A DNA stretch of 36,040 nucleotides from Octopus bimaculoides (Eukaryota), in the NCBI RefSeq assembly GCF_001194135.2, contig NC_068981.1, positions 149,392,888-149,428,927 on the forward strand, in the 5' to 3' direction. The notes below the pieces were generated by a model. That model saw only the letters and a list, made by a program, of their open reading frames with translations. It was not told where the DNA came from and did no database searches. A program made the position numbers and the translations under genes. Below, one piece after another: positions 23,857 to 34,944 of the stretch (position 1 is the first letter of the stretch; each line of letters opens with the position of its first letter).

Positions 23857-25057
23857 ACTTTGCAAACCTTGGAACGAGAGAGGGAGTCACCATATCGCCG
23901 AAAAGGTCACAAACCGGTGCGAAAGGACTAACTTACAACTAAATGATTGTTTAACCAGCACATAAAATAAAAAAAAAAACAAACGAAAAACTCGATTAGT
24001 AAGTTGGTTAGATATATACCCAATTGACTAAAGGTAAAGAAGTGGAATGGAACCTGTGCATGTGTTATTATTATTGCCGCTTAGAGAGAGTCATCCCTAT
24101 CGCGTTAATTCGCAGCCTACAAGCGAACAAGCATGTTCATGTATGTACAAACGTGGAATAGAAAGTTGCACTTAACACATGTCGGAGGTGTAAACCGTTA
24201 ATAACTGTGATCCATCTCCACATTACTAAAAGACGTGTGCTAGCTAGAAAGCAGCAATAGTTATGTCCCTTTACGATCGAAATCTGGCCTTAAGTGGCGA
24301 CGGATTGATTCAATCGAGTAAAATCGTTCCATCGACAATTAAGAATTTTACAAATTACGTCGATGACGAGGGATAGCTACTGTAATATTTCTTAGCTCCC
24401 CTTGTTAGATTGTTGCTTTTGTAGTTATTTAGAACAAAGGTTATTCCGATCGAGGAATCTTATGAACAAATGTATGCCATCCATGATAATGATTTGTCAC
24501 ATCTATGATCATCGGCCTACAAGATGTGATGATACAGCGAAAACAAGAGAGCATCGTCTAACGTCTGCCATCTCTCAAAGAAGGAAGTATGTAATTGAGA
24601 TTTAGTTTGCAATATCTAGAAAGATGAGCGATCGCACGAAAGCTTTCCTGCTTTCTCATCCAATATATTCTATAATTAAAGCAGTAGATCCCCCTCCTCC
24701 GAAAGTGCATACGGCCTATTTTAAAGCCTGACTATAAGGATTTCTTTCAGCGTTCAGTTTCATTGATGATGGTTTTGCAAGCGATAGTATTCCTGTAGGA
24801 GAAAAAAAAAAAAAATCTCAATTTGCTGCTCATTTTGTATTCAATTCCACGTTGCATGCGATGGGTAAATCTCCTTGAAAACTACACTTTTTCACTCCAC
24901 GCGGCTCATCACTATGCACATTCCTACATGGAAACTTCTGTTACGTCAAACTAAGAAGACCAACACTCCTCGTAATATCTCTACCACTGATCTCAAAAAA
25001 TGCTCTCTAAGCTACATCTATACTCACCAAACTACTACTTTCGCTCCCCAAGTCGGG

Positions 25058-25137
25058 AGTTAGTAAGACTCTCGAGCATACTAATATAAGCTTCTATATA
25101 GAAATACATAACTCCAGCTCCCTGTGTATTTCGAAGC
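25058..25137 (+). repeat. 80-bp direct repeat, copy 1
   Basis: agttagtaagactctcgagcatactaatataagcttctatatagaaataca...gaagc; 73/80 identical to 25797-25876 by manual alignment. Confidence 0.9.
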
Positions 25138-25402
25138 AGAGTTTGCGTTCCACTCAAAGGGATACAATGATATCAGAATATATATTCTGATATTTGGAAG
25201 CTCGTTACATACTATATCAAATGTTTTAAGACTATAGTTTTAAGACTATATCAAATGATTTGAAATAGATTTTGTTTTTAATTCTAATAGATCGGGAAGA
25301 AAACAGTGTAACTCATCCTCGTTACTTCGTTTTCTTCTAATCTAGGGACCGAATCAATCATATTTCAATATTTTTAGTTAGTATCTCAGTATAAACGACA
25401 TA

Positions 25403-25614
25403 AAAAGGGGTTGCTGAAAAGTTCCTGACTTTAACGGTATCGTGAAAGGCCTGGTTGGAGGCCCAACCTTCCGAGTTCTTTTACAGGGATTAGAAAAACT
25501 GAAGGACCGCTGCTGTAAGTATGTAAGAGGCGACTATGTTGAATAAAATCATAATTAACTGATCCTTCTGTATTTTCTTTTACTCAAAGCCAGGAACGTT
25601 TCAGCACCCCCTCG
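25403..25614 (+). mobile_element. Mariner-derived MITE (internal deletion derivative)
   Basis: TIRs aggggttgctgaaaagttcctgacttt and aaagccaggaacgtttcagcacccccctcg, with TA at the left. The interior encodes a mariner C-terminus, WLEAQPSEFF...GLEKLKDRCCKYV-RGDYVE*. Confidence 0.85.
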
Positions 25615-25796
25615 AATTGTCACCTTGGTCATGGCATTACATTTGCAGTGGATAAGATCCATAGGTACACGACTAGTGCTAACGCGGACTATTGCCAGTT
25701 GGTAGTTTGCCCAACATTACATTGATTGGTTTTATTTTGTCATTCTACGTTTCTGGCAACCTCCTCCCCAGTTAAATCTTGCGTGGGACAAGCAAC

Positions 25797-25876
25797 AGTT
25801 AGTAAGACCCTCGAGCATACTAATATAAGCTTCTATATAGAAATACATTATTCCTGCTCTCTGTGAATTTTGAAGC
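25797..25876 (+). repeat. 80-bp direct repeat, copy 2
   Basis: See copy 1. Confidence 0.9.
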
Positions 25877-26134
25877 TATACACTCAGACACACTCATGTA
25901 TATCTTGCCGCCGTTGTCTATTAGCTTTTTACGGTTTTACTACTTTCAGACATTTGACTGACACACACCGGCGCACACACACACACTAACATACATTTAT
26001 AATATATCTTGCCATGCTAGGGTACCGCCTTGAAGAATTTTTCGAAAGTATCGTCTCCAGTTCTTAGTTTTTTTAAAGCCTGATACTATATCAGTCTCTT
26101 TACGGAGACGTGAACACAACACCGAATGTTAAGC

Positions 26135-26159
26135 AGTGTATGTGTGTGTGTATGTGTGT

Positions 26160-26196
<37 letters not shown>

Positions 26197-26226
26197 AAAT
26201 ACACATGCGCGCGCACGCACACATAT

Positions 26227-26270
<44 letters not shown>

Positions 26271-26275
26271 GCACA
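26135..26275. repeat. (TG)n arm, CG-rich centre, (CA)n arm (imperfect inverted microsatellite)
   Basis: Direct reading. Confidence 0.92.
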
Positions 26276-27184
26276 CAAAACTCAGACGAATCATTTAGGT
26301 ACTTAACCTGTCATTTTCCAAAATTTAATTTTATTTTATCGGAGTTTTTTTCTGTTCAAAATTATGTTTAAGAGTTTACAAAGTTAGATTTAGCGACGAC
26401 AACGACAGTAATACCATGAGCAACAACAACAACTATGAAATGCCAAAAAATAATTAATTAGATAAACGTTTTTAACTAAAGTAAAACACTTACGTATATA
26501 CATATCAAATTTTGAAACTCAAAATATTATGGGAGATAACTTTAGTAATACGTTTTTGAGTTGTTTCCCTTAGTACAAAAGTTCCTGATTGTTTTTAATT
26601 ACTTCAGAAGTTAATACTTTACGATCTTTCTTTCTCATATTGTCCATAGATAGAAAAAGATTTAATTACTTCCAACTTATATGCTGAAGAAGTGAATTTA
26701 GTCGATTTAGCCTAATCAATTTTATCGATCCCGAAAAAAAGAAAGTCGATATTGAATCTAGTTGCAATCTACTGCTTCACTGTTTCTCTCACACGGGCAT
26801 TTAACAGAGGTTTAATAAAACTGATTGAATAAAGCATTCCAGCCTCATAAATTTTCACGAAGAATGCTTTTCATTACGAAGGTGATAGAAGTTAAGAGGA
26901 GTTGGTGCAAGCAATCAGATCAATAAGAACAAGAATAATACTTATTTTATCGATCCAAGAGGTATATAAGTAAAATTCGATAATCTACTCAAAATACACG
27001 CAGTTAAAAGTAAATACCCAATGCACCTATACAATATTAGCACTTCGATTTTTAACTTAATTTTTTCCAATTTCTTTCTATAATTATACAGATAGTTTTT
27101 ATTGAATCACAACGTTTACTTAGTGCATGTAAAAGTATAATCAATGCATGGATTATATGATAGTATCGTTGCTTGTTTTATAGA

Positions 27185-27330
27185 CTGCGTGAAGATGCAT
27201 AGCCAGTGGTCATAAGATCATGTGTTAAATCCCTGGAGCGAGCGGTCTGGCATCTTTGAGCAAGGTACTTTATTTCACCAAGTCAACTGTGATGAATACT
27301 AGCTGCATGTGGTATTCATTGGTTGTGTAG
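27185..27330 (+). mobile_element. Diverged tRNA-derived SINE head with CORE-like segment
   Basis: gcatagccagtggtc (A-box-like), gtgttaaatccc (B-box-like), tttgagcaaggtactttatttcac. Confidence 0.45.
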
Positions 27331-27439
27331 AGAGATGAGGCTTTCATGTCAGGACAACCGTTACCAAGCTTGCCCAGACCTGCGCATATAAGTGCAAATG
27401 CATAATCAATCATTCCAAAGGCGTCTACAATTACTATAA

Positions 27440-28015
27440 TTATTGTTGTTGTTTTTATTGTTGTTGTTGTTGTTATTATTGAGTGAAAGAGCAGCGTATA
27501 CCATCAAAGAGACACTGGGATACAAATATACGAAGCCCAATAAACCCATCATGACTACCCGTTGGATAAGGGTACACCAGGCACATGCATCACAACCACG
27601 TGCGCGCGACATGGTGATCTCATATCACGATAAGCAGCGCATGACCTTGCAAGTGGGGACCCAGTTAGAATTTTCTTCAGGTCGAGTAGCCCATCCCGCT
27701 CAAAAGGTTCGTGAATAAAGGTCGTTTAAGGATGTTGAATGAAACACCCATATTTCCAGAGGTGAATTATTCAAACCTCAAAGAATTCTTCTCAACACAT
27801 GGCTATGATGCTCCCCCACTACTCCTGCTCGTGGTCAGAGATGCCCATATCGTCAGCCATTAAGGGACATACTCAACTGGTTAAGGTCAAACAACTGACA
27901 AGCAAACCTGTGGTAGTGAGCAGATTATTTGATGTAACCCATCTTTTATACCAAAACAAAACAATGTACATGATAACACTTCCAATCAGTTAAGATCAAA
28001 AGCCATGAGAGCCAC
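27440..28015 (-). mobile_element. Non-coding retroposon family D with (AAT/AAC)n 3' tail
   Basis: Minus strand ends ...gctctttcactcaataataacaacaacaac. The body matches my recollection of an abundant octopus repeat. No ORF homology was seen. Confidence 0.6.
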
Positions 28016-28037
28016 TGTCTGCTTATGAGTTTCTGTT

Positions 28038-28160
28038 CCACGTTCTGAGTCCAAATTTACCTTTCATCCTTTCGGAGTTAATAAAATAAAGTATGAGTCG
28101 ATTCTAATCAACTAATCCTCTTCCACCAAATTTCAGCCTTTTACCTATATGAGAAACTAT
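28038..28160 (+). mobile_element. SINE family A fragment
   Basis: cacgttctgagtccaaattt...cctttcatcctttcggagttaataaaataaagta. Confidence 0.65.
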
Positions 28161-30081
28161 TATCATAATTTTGTTTTTACACACATAATATCTTTAATTG
28201 TTAAAAATAATTGCAGGATCGTAATGTGTAGGCTATCCAACAATACCAGAAGTATAGCTAATATAGTTTTGTTTAAGTGTAAAAACCGGGTTGGATGAAC
28301 GTTAAAACTGAGCTGTTATAGTTCATCCCACTGTAGATATGTACCACGATGAAGAAAAATAATTAACAAAGTTGTGACTGAGTATGACTGAGTATAAACA
28401 CCAAACTGCCACATTTCACATAACTTTAAATATATACCAAAATAAGGAGAATACTGTCTCAAATGGAGTTTGTAGGTAAAGCTGTTTGTATATGATGTAA
28501 CAATATCATTCGAACTTTTAATTATAACTTTAATGCCATCGCACAAATTTAAACAATTGAAAGAACAATTCTGTAGTTTTGTTTTTTTCATAAATAGTTG
28601 ATTACAAAAACTCTGTACTTAAGCTTGCCAAAACAGGAGAAAATATACACAGCATATTCATATCGGCCAACTGTATTGACATATCTAGGTTGAACAGAAC
28701 TCGTTAAAATGACTATTTTAAACGGCAAGAGAGTGTGTAGAACTGGACCGCAGGTTGCTACACATAGAAGGTTGGCGCTAAAAATAAGCCTTTATATAAC
28801 CCTTTAACCGAGACGTTCTAGAAGGATCTAGAGTGATCTACCACGTGAAGTCTGCCTGCTGACTGGTCAATAACTCTGCCTCTCACATGAACAATGTCGT
28901 GCTGTGCTGTGATTTAAACTTCGCAATCAGATGACTGGGTTTCGAGTTTTCCTACATTATGTACGAAAGATAACTAATAGAAAAGCTGGGGATTCATATA
29001 ATGTGTGCTTTGTTAACTTAGTTTGGTATGTTATTGACCATTCTTAATTTTGCCAATGCAGTATTGAATAATGAGGTGTAGATTTTGATTATGAAACCTT
29101 AGCACTACAAGCAAAAACGATCTTATTGACTACTCAATCTAGCCAACTAAATAGAATATGTCTCGCTTCGACGACCTCAGATAATTGGGTTTTGCAAGCT
29201 AATTGATACAAATCACGAGAGAGCGAAGTTTCCTTTCCACATCCCTAAATTGCATATATGAGGTACTGCCTAACGTGTTTTTAAAATACAGAGCGCAACT
29301 ATGCGATATTTTCTCTCAGCCATTTTATTGATGCTCATATTTCACGCCACTATATTCTCCCTATTTTTAATTCCACTGATCTCTCTTAATATTGCCAACG
29401 AAGCAGAATAAACTTAATTTAGGATGTCTTGTAAGAGGAAAACATGTCCAGTGTTCTTATGATTTTGATTTAAAACCCGGATTCACTCCAGTCAACATTA
29501 TCACAACATTTCGATTAGCTGAGTATATTTGTGTTATCTCCCTTGGTTAATGGTTTTATATTATAAACACTTCTAGAGAGAGATTTTTGTTTTTGAACCT
29601 ACAAATTGCTTGGAAGATTTCTGTTGATCGATCGAAGTTCTTCAACTTAGTATAGATGCGAGGTCCTACTGTATTTGGGTATAAAGGTTCATTTGTTTGA
29701 TACCTATCACCACCGCTGCACCGGGTTGTTGAACTCATTATATAATTAGTTAAAGGATAATGAGGTTTTAACGTGTAGGGTCTGGTGAATAAACGTCAAC
29801 ACTACTAGTAAAACAAATTGCCAGTGAAACAGTAACTAGAGCTAATTACAACGCTAAATTGTATCTTTATCTATCATACTAGATATTCACAGCGAAGCAG
29901 TTTGAAGTATAATAAGCTGTTTTGTTTATGATCAGAACACTGCAAACGCAGCAGGACACAAGTCTTGTATGATTTGGCTGCTATTTCATGTTTTCTACCA
30001 ATTTAGCCACTGCAACTCTCCATGAGTAACTCACTTAACTCTTATTCTCACAATTCATTAACATTGTATATATTCCTTTAT

Positions 30082-30190
30082 TCTGTTTCCTTTCACTTGT
30101 TTCAGTCGTTCGACTGCAGCCAGGCTGAGGTATTAATTATCCAAAGTGCTTAATCGATCTATTTGACCCTGTATTTATTTTAAAGTCTGT
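30082..30190 (-). mobile_element. SINE family B 3' tail fragment
   Basis: cttgtttcagtcgttcgactgcagccaggctgag is the reverse complement of the cagcatggccgcagtcaaatgactgaaacaag-type tail. Confidence 0.6.
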
Positions 30191-30287
30191 TACATATTTT
30201 ATTAAACACTTTTGCGGAACCACTGAGTTACTGCAGCGTAATCAGACCGACACCGGCTGTCATGTGGCGGTGGAGATAAACATAAAG

Positions 30288-30288
<1 letters not shown>

Positions 30289-30330
<42 letters not shown>
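30289..30330. repeat. (CA)n microsatellite at the 5' junction of the R4-like LINE
   Basis: Direct reading. Confidence 0.97.
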
Positions 30331-30334
<4 letters not shown>

Positions 30335-30346
30335 TGCAAAATTAAT

Positions 30347-31965
30347 GTCACCCACGCACATTTTGTTGACCTAAAGTTATATTCTGGTAGTATGACGAAC
30401 ATCAAGAGACAGAACTAGTCACAACATTCTCACGAGATATAGAAAGTGAGCTTGAGCAAGATAAATGCTTATATATAATAGTCAACCGGGTGAAGATTAT
30501 CGACCAAGCAGAGAACATGTACATCATCGGGTTGTCTTGTCTCCCCTATCTCAAATGATATAAGCTACAGATGCCTTGGAGTCGATGAGAATGTTGCATA
30601 CTCTGGGGCTGTAACTAAAGCCAAAATAACAAAAGAGAACTTCTATAGACTCCGGAAAATAAGGAAGTCAGAGCTGTTTGCATTTAACAATACCATATCT
30701 CACAATGCTCTCGCAGTACCAGAATTAATACCTATATTTTGGATATTGAACTGGATATTCGATTAAATAAGCGACCTGGACATGAAAACCAGAAAGGCAC
30801 TGAACACCACAATAACAATGACACCGGTAGGATTTATGTGAGATGAAGTGATGGTGGTAGTCAGTCCAAACAGCCTTTGAATGTACCACGCAGACAACAC
30901 CCTCTGAAGAGTAAAGAAAGAAATGAGTATATTCCATACATCCTCAAAAGTGACAGCAACATCTTCAGAACTACTGTGCAGGTATTCTGAGAGTACAACT
31001 GTCTCATGTGACTGAAAGGCCTACTGGACTGGCCTACCTACACAGAAGCTTGGAAGAGAAATATGCCTCATACCAACAAAAAGCAATGCACAGGTAGATA
31101 ACCCGTACGCTAGAGGGCAAGAACAACATTGTGAGGAAGGGCAGCCTCTCTTGGACCTGCGATAGATATATTATATCCCACTTAGAAGGATATGTCTTCG
31201 GTATTTAGGAGCAAGAGATAACTACTAAATATCTGATATGCAAGAGGGACAAATATACCTCAAGACCTCTACATTGTGATAAAAATGATGGCTCTGCTAC
31301 ACCCGCATCATCAGGAAATGCCTCAAAATATCTACGAGATGCTACCTGCTCCTGAGATATGACTTAGTTGCAAAGACTATTTATAGAACTATCTTAGGAA
31401 AGACTGCTCTGGTGTATACATCAAAGCATGTCAGAACCAGCAGGTATTCTCACCTTTAAAAACAAGGAATACTGCTGGAGCGCTCAAAGAACAAAAACAA
31501 AAACTTCAATTCGGGCCAAACATAACAGACCTGATATTGTTCTGAGGGCCAGGGAATAAAAGTCAAGCGCTGTTGCAGAGGTCAGCTGCCCAGCGAAAGT
31601 AAATATAAGATCAAAAGTCCAGGAAAAAGTGAATTAATGCGAAACTTACAGCTCTTGCACTCTGACTACGAATTCTCATTTGTACCTACCATCATAAGTG
31701 CATTGGGTTATGTGGCAACAAATTTGCACAAATACCTAGAAATACTTGGTTTCAAGGAGAAAGAGCAAAAGAAACTAACGCAGATTCTCCAAATCAATTT
31801 ATTAGTGGCACAATGAAGATATGTAAGGCATTCCAAAAATTCTTTATCTGAGACTTTTATGTGAATAGATACACACACTTGAATGTATGCATCGATAGTT
31901 CAGCCAACACGCCAACTCAACCAAGTCTCGTCAGCTTGACTTCCTCCAAGAAGAACTTGAACTCA
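30347..31965 (+). mobile_element. R4/Dong-like RLE non-LTR retrotransposon, 5'-truncated and decayed
   Basis: THAHFVD-LKLYSG (RT domain 5), LVTTFSRDI, RKIRKSELFAFNNTISHNALAVPEL, DLDMKTRKAL, DTGRIYVR*SDGG, YVFGI*EQEITTKYLICKRD, RYDLVAK, KHNRPDIVLR...AEVSCP (RLE, about 31520-31595), LMRNLQLLHSDYEFSFVPTIISALG. There are many stops and frameshifts. Confidence 0.9.
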
Positions 31966-31968
31966 AAC

Positions 31969-31989
31969 AAACACACACACATATGTATA

Positions 31990-32071
<82 letters not shown>

Positions 32072-32095
32072 CATATATATATATGTGTATATAGA
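31969..32095. repeat. (CA)n-(TA)n-(TG)n compound microsatellite at the LINE 3' end
   Basis: Direct reading. Confidence 0.95.
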
Positions 32096-32449
32096 GACAG
32101 GCGCGCGCGCAAACATACATACAAAAAAAAGCAATATATGTACGAAGATGACTAAAGCACAAAACAAGACTATAGTATACAGTATGTGTTGTTAGCTTGC
32201 TACATATGCAGTACGCTAAGTCGTCTTTTGCTCCCGGTATGATAGAACCTTCCTCATCACATCATTGTTCTCACTTTCTTTCCAATTATTTAGAAATTGT
32301 TCAACTAATCAGCAATAATTTATATATCAATAAATTGGTGATGACAGAATTACAAGATTGATTGTTTGTCAATAGACTTGTCAATAAATCTATACTGCTG
32401 AATGTATCCAACCAAAAGTGTTATATAAGCCTAACACCAAAATCATAAA

Positions 32450-32665
32450 TACTAATTCAAGCTAACGAAGTATCCTTTAGCAGACCAGTGAACCTGTTGG
32501 AAATAGCAACTAACTTCCCTCAAATCAAACTCTACTGTCTGAACAGAGAACGTCTGCTTATACATTATTATATATAGAAAAGAATAAGTTGATCACAGCT
32601 GAAATGAATACATTTAGGAACCTACTCAGTCAAGAACGACCTGGGGATAAACGCAAAAACAAAAG
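32450..32665 (+). mobile_element. SINE-like family E 3' portion
   Basis: ttcaagctaacgaagtatc...aacctgttggaaatagc...gacctggggataaac; similar to 650-830. Confidence 0.55.
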
Positions 32666-32809
32666 TAGTTTTCAAGGCTGTAATACTTATTTCAGTTTTC
32701 TATAACGATATGTGTACGAGCAACATCCTTATTCTCAAGATATGACACATTCATAATTGCAGGTAGGTTTTTATTTTCACCGTTCACACTAAATTCAGCA
32801 ATGTAGAAA

Positions 32810-32895
32810 ATGAAGCTCTCACTTCACACTATGGTATCGGACCCAACACCATGTAGTTGCGAATAAAAGATTCTAACAATACAGCCACGTTCATT
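32810..32895 (-). mobile_element. Diverged SINE family B head
   Basis: Reverse complement cgtggctgtattgttagaatc...caactacatggtgttgggtcc resembles the head at 11320-11370. Confidence 0.5.
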
Positions 32896-32930
32896 TAGTT
32901 TAGCCCAATCTTATTGAAGATAACCATATA

Positions 32931-33604
32931 TTTATTTCTTTATTACCCACAGGGGGCTAAACATAGAGGGAACAAACAAGAATGGACAAAGGGACTAAGT
33001 CGATTACATCGAACCTCAGTGCGTATTGGTAATTATTTAATCGACTCTGAAAGAATGAAAGGCAAAGTTTACCTCGGCGGAATTTGAACTCAACACGTAA
33101 CGGCAGACGAAATACCGCTAAGCATTACGCCCGGCGTGCTAACGATTCTGCCAGCTCGCCGCCCTAAGATAACCAAGTATTTTTTTCTACTCAAATCTAC
33201 CATAAATCTTTGGAGAGTCGACCAGTCGATTATATCGATCTCAGTATGCAACTGGTACTTAATTTTTCGACCCCGAAAGGATGAAAGGCAAAGTCGACCT
33301 CGGCGGAATTTGAACTCAGAACATAAAGACAGATAAACTACTGCTAAGGGTTTCACCCGGCGTACTAACGTTTCTTATTTCTTTATTGCCCACAAGGGGC
33401 TAAACATAGAGGGGACAAACAAGGACAGACAAAGGGATTAAGTCGATTACATCGACCCCAGTGCGTAACTGGTACTTAATTTATCGACCCCGAAAGGATG
33501 AAAAGCAAAGTCGATCTCGGCGGAATTTGAACTCAGAACGTAGGAGTAGACGAAATACCGCTAAGTCTTTCGGCATAGTAACGTTTCTGCCAGCTCGACG
33601 CCTT
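32931..33604 (-). mobile_element. Three SINE family A copies on the minus strand (32931-33164; 33181-33375 with head remnant to 33604; 33376-33589 nested)
   Basis: Three repeats of gaaaggcaaagtcgacctcggcggaatttgaactc-like cores; aagataacca at 32917, 33166 and 33605. Confidence 0.92.
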
Positions 33605-34570
33605 AAGATAACCAAATATTACAAAAGCTAACACAGCCTAATTCTACCAAAACTAATACAGCTGAATTTTACCAACCTAAAACAAGTTAATACTACTAAC
33701 GCTAGCACAAATTACTAAAATTAGCATAACCTAATATTACTGAAGCTAACATAGTATTAACTGATTCTAAAATTACAAATGCTAAAACAATGCGACGTGC
33801 TGGCAAAATCGGGCAAAATGCTTAGCGGAATTTCGTCCACCTTTCCACTGTGAGTTCAGATCCTGCCGGGGTTGACTTTGCCTTTCATTCTTTCGGAGAT
33901 GAAGTACTGGAGTTGATATAATCGACTTGCCCTTCAACCGAACTTCCTGGCTTTGTGCCAAAATTTGAAACCAATATTACAAATGCTAAAGGTGGCAAGC
34001 TGGCAGAACCGTTAGCATGCTGGGCAATATGCGTAGTGGCATTTTGTCCGTCTTTACGTCTTGAGTTCAAATTCCATCGGGCCGACTTTGCTTATATCTT
34101 TTCGGCGTCGACAAAAGGTAGTATCAATTGAACACTGGGGGTCGATGTAATCGATTTAACCCTCACCTAAAATACGGCTGGCGTTGTGTCAAAATTTGAC
34201 CAATATTACTAATGCTGACTCAACCTAATGTAACTATACTAATATAACTCACACAGTTAAGGCGGCGAGCTGGTAGAATTGTTAGCACGCCAGATGAAAT
34301 GCTTAGCGGCATTTCGTCCGTGTTTACTTTCGTATTTCAACTTCCGCCGAGGTTTACTTTGCCTTTCATCATTTCGGGGTTGATAAAATAAGAACCAATT
34401 CAGCACTAGGAGTCGATGTAATTGATTTTCACCTTTCTCCAAAATTGCTGGCCTTGTGCCAAAACTTGAAACCACTATAACTGATACAACTAAACTAAAG
34501 CACTAAAGATAAAATCCAAACATTACTAACACAGTTTAATCTACTAAAGCTGACTCACTACCAAGTTGCT
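33605..34570. repeat. Cryptic about 25-bp G-poor minisatellite (approx. aatattactaaagctaacacagcct), interrupted by SINEs
   Basis: Recognisable units at 33615-33785, 34202-34258 and 34476-34565. Confidence 0.5.
33790..34475 (+). mobile_element. Three old-tail SINE family A copies on the plus strand (about 33790-33975, 33988-34201, 34258-34475)
   Basis: Each has a gctggcagaa/gcttagcgg head and a ttgtgccaaaatttgaaacc-type tail. TSD attacaaatgctaaa at 33772-33786 and 33976-33990. Confidence 0.9.
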
Positions 34571-34944
34571 GACGTCAGAACTATTGGAGAAATATTTTTG
34601 CCTCCCGAGTTCGTGGTTTACCATATAAATGAACATGACAATGCCTCAAATACAACATGTAATAAGTGAGTTGAAAATAACTCTAATCATTTCAGATTAT
34701 ACAATGATTAGACAGCAAACTCTATCAAGAGTGATTAAAATCTAAAAACGAACTCGGAAGAAAATTCCAATAAGATCACTTCATCAAAATTTCGACCAAT
34801 ATAAACATTGCAACTGAGAGTAGTTCTGGTTTTTCAAACCGACAGCTGAGAGAAATGGCCAGATTTCAAATTTCTTAGAGAAGTATCATACATTTAAAAG
34901 ACTTCAAAGAATGTGTGTGTGTATATATATATGTACATGTGTAT

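Noticed and set aside
24700-24815. Strong minus-strand splice acceptor (T-run + ctcctacAG at 24793)
   Set aside because: All three frames stop within 15 codons and no good donor follows; it may be just a poly-A tract.
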